Positions 38,151 to 50,555 of a DNA stretch of 63,966 nt are shown piece by piece; position 1 is the stretch's first letter; each line of letters starts with the position of its first letter. Where the stretch lies: the NCBI RefSeq assembly GCF_004010195.1, contig NC_057718.1:97343644-97407609 (forward strand), written 5' to 3'. The stretch comes from Chiloscyllium plagiosum (taxonomy: Eukaryota). Below the pieces are notes generated by a model. It had not been told where the DNA came from, searched no databases, and saw only the letters and a list, made by a program, of their open reading frames with translations. A program made the translations under genes and the position numbers.

Positions 38151-38789
38151 CCACAGTTTCTTTTATAGCGAATCCAGTTCAATTTCTGGTCAGCGGTGAG
38201 ACCCAGGATATTGATTGTAGAGGAATCTTTGATGGTAATGTCAATGGTAACCAATGTGAATTGTCATAACTTACCATCTAGTTTACTAATAGCCTTAGAA
38301 AAAAAAATCAAATACTAATCCTGATTGGTCTACATGTGACCCAAAACCTACATTAATATGTTGACTCTTATTGCATTCTGAAATGGGCTAACAGGCCACA
38401 AAGTCACTGCCAGTTAGGAATAGGTAACAAATGACCATATCGCGCACAACAAATGAGAAGCAACATCTTTACTGTTCTCTTGAAAGGACAGAGTGCAATT
38501 GGTTTGATGCCTCATCTGAAAACCAGTATCACTGATAGTGCATTACTCCCTCAGAACTGCGTTCCATTCAGTTGACTGGGACTTGGAGTTTTCCCCCTTG
38601 TGAGCAATGAGAGGTACAGGAAATTCACAGCTCTAACATTTGCAAACCCAGTGAACTTTATCTCCATTCTCCCAACTTTTCCTTTATTGCAACTGTTAGT
38701 GGTTGATATTGAGTTTAGATCAGAATGGTGCTGGAAAAGCACAGCAGCTCAAGCAGCATCCGAGAAGTAGGAAAATATGGAGTCCTGGA

Positions 38790-39025
38790 GACATAAAGCA
38801 CGGAAACAGACCCTTCGGTCCAACCAGTCCATACTGACTATAATCCCAAACTACACTCGTCCCACCTGCCTGTGCTTGGCCCATACACTTCTAAACATCT
38901 CTTATTCATGTACTTATCCAAATGTCTGTTAAGCATTTTAATTGTACCCGAATCCACCACTTCCTCTGGAAGTTCATTCCGCACGTGAGTCACTCTCTGT
39001 AAAAAAAAAAATTGACCCTTGTGTC
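38790..39025 (-). mobile_element. HER1/CR1 3' end
   Basis: 'cacggaaacagacccttcggtccaacc...ccaccacttcctctgg'. Confidence 0.85.
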
Positions 39026-39300
39026 TGTAAAACTAGGCAGACCTTCTCTGGTGGACATAAATGGTAATATTTGACAAATAGCAAAGTATTCTCCCTGGTC
39101 TGCTGGCCAACATGCAACCTTTGGAAAACTTTGCTAAAATTGATTATTGGGTCATTATTGCATTGCTGTTAGTGGGAACTTGCTGTGCACAAACTGGCTC
39201 TCAGGTTTCCTACGTTACGACAGTGGTGAAACTTTAGAGGTGTATCATTGGCGAGACAGAGTACTTGGGCCATCACAAGGCTGTGAGAGGCATGTAAGTA

Positions 39301-39962
39301 CAGGGGAACCTTGATTATCCGAACAAGATGAGCGGACACTACTTTTTTCGGATAATCGATTATTCGGTTAATCGATTAAATGCCTTTCCTCTGGGGCTCG
39401 GAGTTTTTAAAGTCTGCTGCCCGTTCAGGAAACTGCAACATCATATAGCACGTGAGAACCTGCACCCAAAACCACCCACCGCCTGCCCACAGAACCCAGT
39501 CCAACACCGCCCCACGACCCCCAACCCCGACCAACATTGTCCCTCTGTCTGCCTGCTACCACATCCCCCCGGGAGCTCCCCATCCACCCTAGCCGCCCTC
39601 TGCGGGGCAGCCAGACTGTGCAACAACAAAAAGACTGCTGGTGCTGTTGTTGCACACACACACAACTTTTTACTGCAAATTTTTGACAGGTTCCACATTT
39701 GCCTTGTACAGGACAATGTTGGAGCGATTATCTGGGGAAGGATGGAAGGCGTTAGGGTACACCTCTCTGTCGAACTCCAGGTAAAGTTGTGGGGGGGGGA
39801 GGTCAGTCATTTGGAGACGGTGCCTGTTTAATCGCTGTAAACAAAAGACACGATCACTGTTGGAAACACGTCTTGATGTAATGTTTCTATCGGGACCGCA
39901 AAATCTCCTTCGGATAATCCAGTTTTTGGATAAATGGTATTCAGATAATCGAGGTTCCCCGG
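39301..39962. mobile_element. pogo/Tigger-like non-autonomous DNA transposon, 662 bp
   Basis: TA target duplication (39299-39300, 39963-39964). TIRs caggggaaccttgattatccgaa / ttcagataatcgaggttccccgg (20/23). Confidence 0.9.
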
Positions 39963-41104
39963 TATAACTTTTCTTGGACATTGAACTGTATGGTAGCTTA
40001 GCACCATTTGGTGAAACTGAAGACGCTCTGTGAACACAAGTTGCTGTAGGAGGAATAGAATTCAGAATTCCTGGCTCAGCCAACCCCTCCTCCATCTCCC
40101 TGCTATTATCCCAGCTCCTGACTCAAGCACAGTGAGCCCCCCCTTCAAACTCCAGGCCTTAATATATCCCTGGTCCTAGCTGTAGCAAGAACTGGGTTAG
40201 TTTCAGACAGTTGAGCTAAGATTCTAATATTTGCCATCCACCGAAGTTTGGGTGCACTCTCCTCTCAAACCAACCCAATTAACATTGGCAAACGGGACAA
40301 GTGAGAGCAAGCAATCTGAATAATGAGTAATGAACATTTTTATTGGAGCTGATAAGGTCAAGTGGAATGGTTCTTCAGTTAATTAGATGCTGCTTTTAGT
40401 ACAATCCAACAATGCCTTTAGCATGGAAGCAGTGCAGTTGGATCCTTTCTGTATTCAAAGGATGTTTCAGAGTGAAGTATACTGCACCATATTTGGAAGA
40501 AATAAAAATTCATTGTTATTCTGAACTCTGAACTTTGCTAAGCAAGACGATCAGTAATGCACGCTGACATAAAGGAAACACTGAAGCAAAATGAATTATT
40601 ATTGAAGCTATAATTGTACATTATTATTGTTATGCTTGTATGTATTCCTTATGGCAGTTTGGACTACTGATCTGTGTCCAATTTGGAACATTGAAAGGAC
40701 CAGACTAAGAAAAATAGTCTGAAAGAGTCACTGAGGCAGTGCTTGAAGCTTTGAATATATCATCGTAAATTGGTGCATAGCAACAAGTCCTGTGTGGAAA
40801 CACTGTGCAGGAAACCATATATTTTGATGACTCTCTCAATATCTTTCGCAGTTACTTCCTCAAGATTGATACATCTGCGATAATAACTTCCATCTGTTGA
40901 GTTTTCTTTTTCTGTTTAATAAGCAAATTAACAAGGATTGAAAGTCAACTCTGTAATTAAAGCTCACACCGCTGGAACACTGTTCATATATTTACTTCAT
41001 TGTTCGATCATTAACATCTACTTAAGGGCTCCTCAAATGAATGAATACAGCTGAGGCTGTAGTGGGGAGCCACAAAGATTGGAGTGGGTACTCAGCATTG
41101 ATTA

Positions 41105-41325
41105 GGTGAAAGTGAGGACTGCAGATGCTGGAGATCAGAGTCAAGATTAGAGTGGTGCTGGAAAAGCACAGCAGGTCAGGCAGCATCTGAGGAGCAGGAT
41201 GAATCGACATTTCGGGCATCATTCCGAAGGGATGAAAGGGCTTTTGCTCGAAATGTTGATTTTCCTGCTCCTCAGATGCTGCCTGACCTGCTGTGCTTTT
41301 CCAGCACCCCTCTAATCTTGACTCA
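41105..41325. mobile_element. Fold-back PLE terminal-repeat element
   Basis: ~80-bp inverted arms 'gagtcaagattagagtggtgctggaaaagcacagcaggtcaggcagcatctgaggagcagg' / 'cctgctcctcagatgctgcctgacctgctgtgcttttccagcacccctctaatcttgactc'. Confidence 0.85.
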
Positions 41326-42004
41326 GTGTTGATTTCCAATCCACAATCGGGACAGTAAGAGTCCACAAAAAGCATCTGTAAGGCTTGTTCCTGACCATTG
41401 CTCAATAAAACCAACAAGAAAGGCAGGGCTGTTGTGGTGCAGTGATACAGTCTCTGCCTTTGGACTAGGAGTCCGGGGTTCAAGTTCCATCTGCTCAAGA
41501 GGTGGGTACACTGACTAGGGATGTGTAGGCTAAGTGAGTTAGTGCACGGGGAAAGGGTTGGATGCTCTTCGGAGGGTCCGTGCAGACTTTGATAGTTTGA
41601 ATGGTCTCTTTCTGCGCTGTAGCAGTAATATTCTATTCTGTAACATCTCTGAACAGGTTGATCAGGAACATGTTGGCAGTAGCTGTGTGACAGCACGCTC
41701 CTGGTGTAGCCTCTCTGTCAGGGTGAAGGAGGGAAAAGGGAGAGGGGAAATCATTTCAGCCAACAGTCATTACATACAATCACTCTGAGGACTGCATTGA
41801 TGGGAGAGTCTATAAAACAAGACACACTGTGGGTCATCTTGGTGCTGCTGCAGATAGTACAGACTGAGAGATGACTTCTTGAGCATCACCAGCAAATGGT
41901 CAGCATTCACGAGATCCCAGTTAGTAAAAGGTTAATGAAACAAATGGGAGCACCTCAAACTTGACAATCAAACTTGAAAAAGTTTTTTAATTTTTCCGTG
42001 CTTC

Positions 42005-42372
42005 TCATAGAATCTCTACAGTGCAGAAAGAGGCCATTCAGCCCATTGAGTCGGCACTGACTCTTTGAAGAACATCCCACCCAGAGCCAGACCCCCAACC
42101 CTATCTCTGTAACCCTACATTTCCCATTGCTCATCCACATAACCTCTGTAACCCTGCATTTTCCGTTGCTAATCCAACTAGTCTGCACGTCCCTGGACAC
42201 TATGGGGCAATTTAGCATAACCAAGCCATCTACATTGGATTGTGGGATGAAACCGGAGCACCCGGAGGAAACCCACGCAGACACGGGGAAAATGTGCAAA
42301 CTTCACACAGATAGTCACCCAAGGCTGGAATTGAACCCGGGTCTCTGGCGCTGTGAGGCAGCGATGCTAACC
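42005..42372 (-). mobile_element. HE1 SINE with an internal ~40-bp tandem duplication
   Basis: 'ctctgtaaccctacatttcccattgctcatcca' followed by 'ctctgtaaccctgcattttccgttgctaatcca'. Confidence 0.9.
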
Positions 42373-43814
42373 ATTTTGGGGTGTCCTGATCCGATGGAAT
42401 GCCCTGTATCAATACAGGTCTATTATTGGCTCATTGGGACCTGGCGGATGACTGTGTTTATGATATGAAGGAGACATTTCCTGGAAGTGGAAAATCTCAG
42501 AGGGTGATATGAGGCTGTTTGGCCCATGTGTACTTGCTAGCTCTTTGTAAGACGTACCTAATTCATCCCCTTGCCCTCCCACCCATCCTCTTTCGCCACA
42601 GCCCAGCAACACTTTCCTTTTCAAATACCCATCCTCCTTGGGAGTTATTTAGTATCTATTTCCTCCACCCTTTCAGCAAGTGCATTGACTGTAGCTGAAA
42701 GTTCAAAAGGGAGAGACCCACCGACCTGTTTCAGCTTCTTTTGGCAGCAATCACTTCTAATTTCTGTCTTCTGCTCACATCATCGAGCTGGCACACCGAG
42801 GCCGTTCGGCCCATTGAGTCTGGGCCAGCTCTCCGCAGAGGAATCCATTCAGCCTCATGCCCCTGCTTAATCACCGTGGCACTGCGAATATATTACCTGT
42901 TCGTGGGACTGTAGTGGTGGTGCACTGATACAGATCAAGGGTTCAAGTCCCATCTGCCCCATCTGTCCATAATTGATTGAAAATATCTATTTCCTTCTAA
43001 TGCTTCCCCAGGCAAATGTATAATCTGCACATTGAAGATGATTGCTGTCTTACTGTAAATTCCAACATCAAATTGCTCTGGACAGCTGATCCAAAGCACT
43101 GCACAGTTTGCTGAGGCGTCTGCAAATTACTGGCATTTCTTGACTGAGTTGACCTTAAGAGACTTGCGCTCAGTTGGTAAATTTGTTTCCTATCGATTTT
43201 GTGATGGCAATTGTAAGCTATCGTACTTTCAACTTAATAGTAGCTCGACCTAGTCTTTCTGATTGAGTTGCGTAATCTGGACACTGTTCAGCGTATTATA
43301 GCTGTAATGAATGAACCTTGCACCGAATATCTAGCTTACTTACTTAGCAAATCCAAGTCACATATGTGACTGCTGATGATCCCAATAAGGCACTGCACTA
43401 AGCAATCTTGTTGACTGTCACCATTCTGCAGACACCTCAGATCAGTATCATTGTTGTGATGGTTATATGTTTCTTAACCAGACTGGTTTGTGGCGTAACT
43501 ATGGACTATATTTTGTTGTAAATTTTAGCTGGAGAGATCAAACTGATAGCAGTCCTTACTGGTAAGACCCATTCACCAAAACCAAGTGGTTAAGCTATTG
43601 AGTGTTCAGGATTAGTGTCAGCTACATTTTTGGAGTCATCAACAATGTCCACTTCAAATGCATTGTTTGCTGTCCTAATAATTCTGCAGTATACCAACCT
43701 TACATGAGTCTCACAATAGGTTTCAGCCAGCATTTGTTAGACTAATTGGAAATCACTGCCTTTGGGAGTAGGTTTTGGTCTGAGAATGAGGGACTGTTCC
43801 CAGGTTGTTTGTCA

Positions 43815-44469
43815 AGAGGTGGACTGAGTGGAGAGTGTCAAGCTCCTGGGAGTGGTCATCCATAACAAGCTTTCTTGGACTCTTCATGTGGACGCACTGG
43901 TTACAAAGGCCCAACAACGTCTCTTCTTCCTCAGGCAGCTGAGGAAATTTGGCATGATGACGAATGCCCTTGCCAACTTTTATAGGCGTGCCATCGAGAG
44001 CATTCTATCTGGATGTATCACTACCTGGTATGGAAACTGTACCATTCAAGATGGGAGACGGTTACAGAGAGTGGTGAGCTCGGCCCAGACAATCACAAAG
44101 GCCAACCTCCCATCTACAGAATCCATCTACCAGGCCGGCTGTCGGGGAAAGGCCGCCAGCATTCTCAAAGATCCATCCCACCCTTGCAGTGTTTTTCTAC
44201 AACCTCTACATCACAGAGAAGGTACAGAAGCCTGAACACACGCACCAGCCGGTTTCGTAACAGTTTCTACCCTACTGTTGTTAGAATACTGAATGGCCTC
44301 ACAAACTCTTAATATTCGCCGTTACCTGTGTTTTTGGTTTTGCTGCTGTTTACCTATTATTTACTTAGCTATGCTACTTAACTCTGTGACCTGCCTGTAT
44401 TGCTCACAAGACAAAGCTTTTCACTGTGCCTCAGTACACGTGACAATGAATTCAGTTCAATTCAGTTCA
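43815..44469 (+). mobile_element. Rex-Babar LINE 3' end
   Basis: ESVKLLGVVIHNKLSW...KAQQRLFFLRQLRKFG...GCITTWYGNC...RRYRSLNTRTSRFRNSFYP; (TTCAR)n tail. Confidence 0.92.
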
Positions 44470-44539
44470 GCACTGGTGTGGCCAGGGCAGCTGACCAAGA
44501 TTAGCAGCCCCTTCCATTGCGGCTCAAATCAATAGCTAT

Positions 44540-44760
44540 GGCCCCTGGTTGACCGATGTGTTTTTCCTGCCATGGGCTGTCTTTTCCAGTATCTGGGCCA
44601 TGTCTATGGATCGCTGGTTTTTCCCTGTCCTTCCTGACTGCTTGTCTCCAGGAAATTTGATGCATTGTCTCCAATCCCAATCAACTTGGACACCTTTACA
44701 ACGGAGATGGGGGTGACCTGTGCATCTCATGCCAGTAGCCAACTTGCTTGTGTTTGCAGA
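44540..44760 (-). mobile_element. RTE LINE 3' fragment
   Basis: KLATGMRCTGHPHLRCK ~ ELATG.R..GRP.LR.K. Confidence 0.5.
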
Positions 44761-44919
44761 TGCAGCCACAATCTATTTGGGCCACAGGGCCCTGTCAAAT
44801 GAGTCACCAGAGGGCAGATGTGCTCAGGATCCCCGTGCAATGTAAAATTCTAAAGTCTTTGGTATAGGTTAGAATAGGTTGGTGCACATTGACACGCCTT
44901 TTGGAAATTCTTTCTGACC

Positions 44920-45410
44920 AAGTTTAAAAAAGACATGAGGGTCAGTTGTTTTACTCAGAGAGTGGTTTACGTGTGGAATGAACGTCCAGAGGAAGTGGTG
45001 GATGTGAGTACAATTACAAAGATAGATTGTCTGTGTGGAGTTTGCTCATTCTCCCTGTGTCTGTGTGGGTTTCTTCTAGGTGCTCCAGTGTCCTCCCACA
45101 ATCCTAAGATGTCCAGGTTAGGTGGATTGGCAGTGCTAAATTGCCCATAGTGTTCAGGGATGTGTAGGTTAGGTGCATTAGTCAGGGGTGAATATGGGAT
45201 AATAGGTTAGGGGAATGGATCTAGGTGGGATACTCTTTGGATGGTCGGTATGGATTGGTTGGACTGATGGGCCTGTTTCCCCACTGTCGGGATTCTATGG
45301 TTCTCTGAAGATATGGGTCAAGCACAAGCAGGTGGGACTGGTTCAGTTTGGGATTATGGTCAGCATGGACTGGTTGGACCGAGAGGTCTGTTTCTGTGCT
45401 GTATGAATCT
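44920..45410 (+). mobile_element. CR1 3' end with a 5'-truncated HE1 insertion (45022-45305)
   Basis: FTQRVVYVWNERPEEVVD, then the HE1 V-domain; the CR1 3' UTR resumes at ~45308. Confidence 0.85.
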
Positions 45411-45896
45411 AAATAATCATTATAACACGATGTGCTATCCAGTGCTTACCATCATGTTATATTTTGATGTCTGAATATCAATTATTGTGGTTAGGGTAGA
45501 ATTCTGCCATCAATGCCAGCAGTACTGGTCCAAAGGCTGTTCAGCAATCTGCGGTGGAGGATGGGCCAAGGATAAGTCTCTCTTGAAATTGTGCTTGTTT
45601 TAGGTAACAAGGTCATTTATTACGTAAGAACAACTATATCCGGAATACATTAATTCTTTGTTTTATTAAGAAAACCAACAAGGTGAAGAAGACATTTGTG
45701 AAGAAGGCCATGTCAGATTTTAGCAGGTTTTCTATCCAGAGGCTGTGTGGCAACGTCAGACTGGGTGGGTCTTAGAGTAGCTCAAATATTAACTCTTTAA
45801 GAACCATTTAACTTCTGGAAGAGTAATGCCACTTGGACAATGCAAACGTGTCTGAGCAATTCTGTGGACTGTCTCCATTCTTTTCCCATCATCACC

Positions 45897-46020
45897 ATTT
45901 CTGAGGAAGGGTCACAGGACCCGAAACGTGAACTTTGATTTCTCTTCACAGACGCTGCCAGACCTGGTGAGCTTCTGCAGCAACTTCTGTTTTTGATTCG
46001 AACTTCAGCAACTGCGTTTC
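45897..46020 (+). mobile_element. PLE terminal repeat with hammerhead-like core
   Basis: CTGAGGA-A-GGGTC(ACAG)GACCC-GAAA-CGTG-AAC at 45901-45933. Confidence 0.75.
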
Positions 46021-46834
46021 TTCGCAATTGAATTCCTCAGTAAATTCTTCCTTGCAGCGCTGAACAGGGAAAACAAACAGCTGGAAATGGGATTGCTGGA
46101 AGGATTTACCAGTGAGAGGCATTTTGAGTTTGACACTAGCTTTATGTAATAGCAGAACAACTGTGTGCACCTGAAATATCACAGAGAATGTTGATCAATG
46201 ACATTCTTCCCAAGGTGATAAAATCATTTATTTCATCCTGTGAGTTCGCACGTCCTTCATTAAATAATACGTTATTAACTTTATCTGTGTCTCCAGTCGT
46301 GTTCCACACTGGAATGGAATGCGCATGATATTCCAATATACCCCATTCAAGTGCCATGAAGGTAATTCATATTCGTATGAATGTCTGTGTTCCACATCAG
46401 GCAAGTGTCACACTAACAGCCAAGTGCTGCATTGGCCACAGTTTTACTGCAATGTATTGGTGTGCAGTCAACTCCCATATTAGGATGGTAATAATGCACT
46501 ATCTTTGTCAGTGCAATTATGTCCAATTCTGGTAATGTACCCATTTTTAACAAGGAAATTATCTATGTTTATCCATAACGTCTGCAAAGCAGCTCTTACG
46601 AAGGTTCTCTGCAAAGAACAGCTGACTTTATATTACATAAATTACCATCATAAACTTATTGCTGTTTGCATTTGAAGGGAAGTGAAAGGTGAATCTGAGT
46701 AGATGTAGACTAACAGTGATGTTATTTCACATTGATCCTGGGGCGAAGATAAAGTGAATCTACCTTTTGCGCTAAGAAAATTGAGGTCTGGGGAATGAAC
46801 TCAGCTTCTGTGGCAATAAGAAAATCCAAAGGAA

Positions 46835-47010
46835 CATGGATGCTGGAAATCAGAAACAAAAACAGACATTTGCTGGAAAAGTTCTGCAGGTCTGGCAGCT
46901 TCTCTGGAGAGAAAGCAGAGTTAACCTTTCAGTTCTGAAGAAGGGTCACTGTTCCCGAAGCATTAACCCTGTTGTCTCTCCATAGATACTGAGCGTTTCC
47001 AGAACTTTTG
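46835..47010. mobile_element. Fold-back PLE-derived short element
   Basis: 'gcaggtctggcagc...gagttaacc' then 'agttctgaagaagggtcact...cccgaagcattaacc'. Confidence 0.75.
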
Positions 47011-47187
47011 GCTTCTCAGTTGAGTTGATAAATTCTTTTCCAAAACTTCATTAACTTTCACCAAACGGATCTTAATTCTACCATTTACCGAGATATTTAA
47101 GATGGAGCAGATGAATTAAATAGAGTAAAGACCTTTCTAACTTACCATGGGAAGCAAACTCAAGAGTGGTCTAAAACTGCCCATTTA

Positions 47188-47505
47188 TGGGATGGCATGG
47201 TGACTCAGTGGTCAACATTGCTGCCTCAAAGCAGCAGGGACCTGGATTCAATTCCAGCCTCAGCTGACTGTGTGGAGTTTGCATGTTCTCCCAGTGTCTG
47301 CGTGGGTTTCCTCCGGGTGCTCCAGTTTCCTCCCACAATCCAAAGATGTGCAGGTCAGGTGAATTGGCCATGCTAAATTGCCCGTAGTGTTAGGAGCATT
47401 AGTCAGGGGTAAGTATGGGGAGTGGGTTTGGGTGGGCTACTCTTCGGAAGGTTGGTGTGGATTGTTGCGCTGAAGGGCCTATTTCCATACTGTAGGGAAT
47501 CTAAT
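47188..47505 (+). mobile_element. HE1 SINE
   Basis: Full length. Confidence 0.93.
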
Positions 47506-48099
47506 TTATAGTCATGGGCTTTTCTATGTACATTACTTATTGAGCTTGCAATGTCTTCTACACGTGCTTAAATATTTGAAAAAAAGACACATTGAAAAGG
47601 CCATCTATCTGTAGGGTCCCATCCAGAATAGTTCCTCCATTGAAATGGAAGAAGGGGACAAACAAAACAAAAATATAATGATTTCTCTATTATCGAGAGG
47701 CCATGTTGAACAAATTAAACCATAATCACTCCTTAAGTTTCCTCTTGGTCTTTGCAATACTGCTTCTCGCAAAATAGCCTCTTGACAACAGGCCTGTCTT
47801 CCCAGTAAAAATACCTCTCGAACTTTCAAAAGGAGCAGCATTGTCTTCAATGCAAAGTTGATTTCCGAGGTCAGTTATTTCCCCATTGATTAGCACTCTT
47901 GACGAACAAACAAACAAATTGTAAATATTTCTGCGATAACTTTTATCTATTTTGGTCTCTAAATGCAAGTCCATAAAAAGCCTCAATTGAACGTCCCTCG
48001 TTACTTTTAGGGTGGTCCTTAGAGTCTCAAGAGATATCTGGCTGCTTCTAATAGTCTACTGATACATAGTTGTATAAAGTGTTAAAGAGTGAGTGAGAG

Positions 48100-48675
48100 G
48101 GGGTTGAGCATTGGTCCGCATTGTCCATTGGTTTGCTGTGGGTCTTGATGGTTGCACAGTGGGAGCCTTTATCTTCCAAATATTTAACCAAAGGCCTATG
48201 CTCTCATTCACCTCCATGAATGCTGTGATGGTGGTTTGGAGGTCGGCTTCTGAGCTTGCACACATATCTGCATAACATAGCTCAGTGACGGAGTTTGGGG
48301 CTGGTTTTGGCTGGTGGTTACACCGGCTGACCAGTTTCCCCGCTCATCCCCCGAGAGAAGCTCCACTCCAGTCTTCGTGGATACAGCGTAGTGGTGCGGG
48401 GGATGGAGAAGAGCATTGGTGCAATGACACAGCCTCACTTGACCCCCGGTTTGCACACGCAACGGGCCCTGCGATGGATCCATTGGTGAGGATCATGGCT
48501 TGTACATCATGGTGCAGCAGGTGGGGGATGGTGGCAAACGTTTGCAGACTGCCCAATTTGAGGAGAATGTTGATATTTCCTACCAGCTAACAGAATCGAA
48601 GGTTTTTTATGAGGTTGAAGTATAGAGAGTTTCTGCTGCTCTCTGCACTTTTCTTAGACTTGTCTCGCCATGAAG
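48100..48675 (-). mobile_element. RTE LINE, inverted 5' segment (RT domains ~3-7)
   Basis: Minus strand: EKCREQQ..., TFATIPHLLHHDVQAMILTNGS, VQTG..GCVIAPMLFS, SEADLQTTITAFMEVNESIGLWLNIWKIK, IKTHSKPMDNADQ. Confidence 0.85.
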
Positions 48676-49410
48676 CCTACGTCCTCTGTGCGACTTGGTA
48701 GACAATGAATTTCAGCATTGCCACCAACTTGCTAGTGCAGCCCTGAGCCGACTGAGGAACCAAATATTTAATAGAGATATCAAACCTATACCCAGTCACG
48801 GTCTACAGCACAACAGTATATACAATATCCGATCCCTGAAGAAAAGTCACCAGCAATGCCTCTGCAAAATCCCACAAATTCACTGGCAGGATAGACGCTC
48901 CAATACCACCCTAACCCTCTGTCCAGCTAACATCAAGAGCATCGCTGCATTGTTTACACTTAATGAACTGCATTGAGTGGACCACATTGTTTACATGCCT
49001 GACATAAAGCTTCCAAAACAAGCTCTGTACTGAGCTCTGTCGCTGAAAGTGATTACCAGGAGGAACGCTTCAATAACATCCCCAAAACCTCCCTGAAAAA
49101 ATGCAATATCCTCGCTAACTCGTGAGAAGCGTCTGCAAAGCAACAAATCTCCGACAGGCCCAGGTAGAGACCAAGTGCAGACAGTAGAAGGAGTGAGCGA
49201 TAACCTGAGACTTCCACCCTTCAGCCTGTTCAGAAAGTATCTGTGGCAGAGTGTACAAATCCTGAATCGGAGACCTCAGGACCCAGAACTCCATCGTGGG
49301 GTGTGTCGTCCTTGGTCCCGAAGGACTGCTGAAGAAGTAGAAGAGTGTCATAGACACTGGTGGGGCCGTGCTCCAGTGTGATCACACATCTTCAGGGATG
49401 AAGAATATTG
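48676..49410 (+). mobile_element. RTE LINE, forward 3' segment
   Basis: VDNEFQHCHQLASAALSRLRNQIF...HQQCLCKIPQIHWQDRRSN...; L.WVDHIV.MPD.KLPKQ.LY-like region. Confidence 0.85.
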
Positions 49411-49547
49411 ACTTGGATTTTCTGATGGTCGGACAGTCCATCATGTTATTCCAACGTGGATGGGAGTTGTGCCTGTGGAATCTCCATTTCAGCAGGATTG
49501 CCCAAGGAATCAAAGATTCCATGGGCTAATTCCTCTCCACTCCTCTC

Positions 49548-49884
49548 TGGGTGGCATGGTAGCTCAATGGTTAGCACTACTGCCTTACAGCACCAGGGAC
49601 CTGGATTCAATTCCAGCCTCCAGACTGTCTGTGTGGAGTTTGCACATTCTCCCCACTTCTGTGTGGGTTTCCTCCGGGTGCTCCCACAATCCAAAGATGT
49701 GCAGTTAAGGGGGATTGGCCAAGGTAAATTGCCCATAGTCTTCAGGGATGTGTAGGTTGGGTGCATGAATCAGGGGTAAATATAGAGTAACAATGTAGGT
49801 GAATGGGTCTGGGTGGGATACTCTTTGGAGGTCACTGTGGACTTGTTGGGCCAAAGGGCCTGTTTCCACAGTTTAGGGATTCTA
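49548..49884 (+). mobile_element. HE1 SINE
   Basis: Full length. Confidence 0.93.
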
Positions 49885-50239
49885 ATTCTTGTAACCCTCT
49901 GAAAGTATCCTTCTTAAATTGGGGAATTCAGAGGGGTCTGATGAAATTAATCATTAGAAATGTTCGACCATTAAACATGTAGTCTAACTCCTGAGTAACT
50001 ATTCAACCTACCCCATAATTACCTCATGCACCCACGACTCCAACTTGACACCTATTTCCTTCCCCACACACCTCTCCACCCCCAATGTCCCAATAATGCT
50101 CAGCGCACTTCAAACCTAACATCCTGCTCCCCCACTCATGACATGACCTTCGCCGTTCCAAGACCGCACAGTATCGCCAGATTGGGTGGAGCTTAATGTC
50201 GCTCTTTCAGCATTCACTCTTTCAGAATCATAACCTTAT

Positions 50240-50555
50240 GGGGGAGGGACTGGCCTAGTGATATGAGCACTGGACTCTTAATTCAGACACTCAGGTAATG
50301 TTCTGGGGAGCCCATTTCAAATCCCACAACAGCAGATGGTGGAATTTGAATTCAATAGAAATCTACTCTAATGATGACTGGGAATCCATTGTTAACTGTT
50401 TGAAAGTACCATCTGGCTCATTAATGTCCTTTAGGGAAGGAAACTGCCATCCTTACCTGGAGTGACCTACATGTGACTCCAGACCCACAGCAATGTGGTA
50501 ATTAGGGATGGGCAATAAATGCTGGGCCAGCCTCATCCTATGAATTAATTTTTAA
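50240..50555 (+). mobile_element. tRNA-derived SINE (unnamed shark family)
   Basis: A-box-like 'tggcctagtg', B-box-like 'tttcaaatccc', body 'tgtcctttagggaaggaaactgcc'. The tail 'attagggatgggcaataaatgctgg' is shared with the LINE relic at 32455-32675. Confidence 0.7.

Noticed and set aside
39328..39831. 167-aa ORF inside the MITE as a transposase
   Set aside because: No HTH or DDE motifs visible; the element is too short and looks non-autonomous.
45901..45933. Currently active hammerhead at this copy
   Set aside because: The cleavage triplet is GUG, which is non-cleavable under the NUH rule; kept only as family evidence.
47605..47986. Overlapping minus-strand ORFs as a host exon
   Set aside because: No recognisable protein motif, non-ATG starts and no convincing splice pair.
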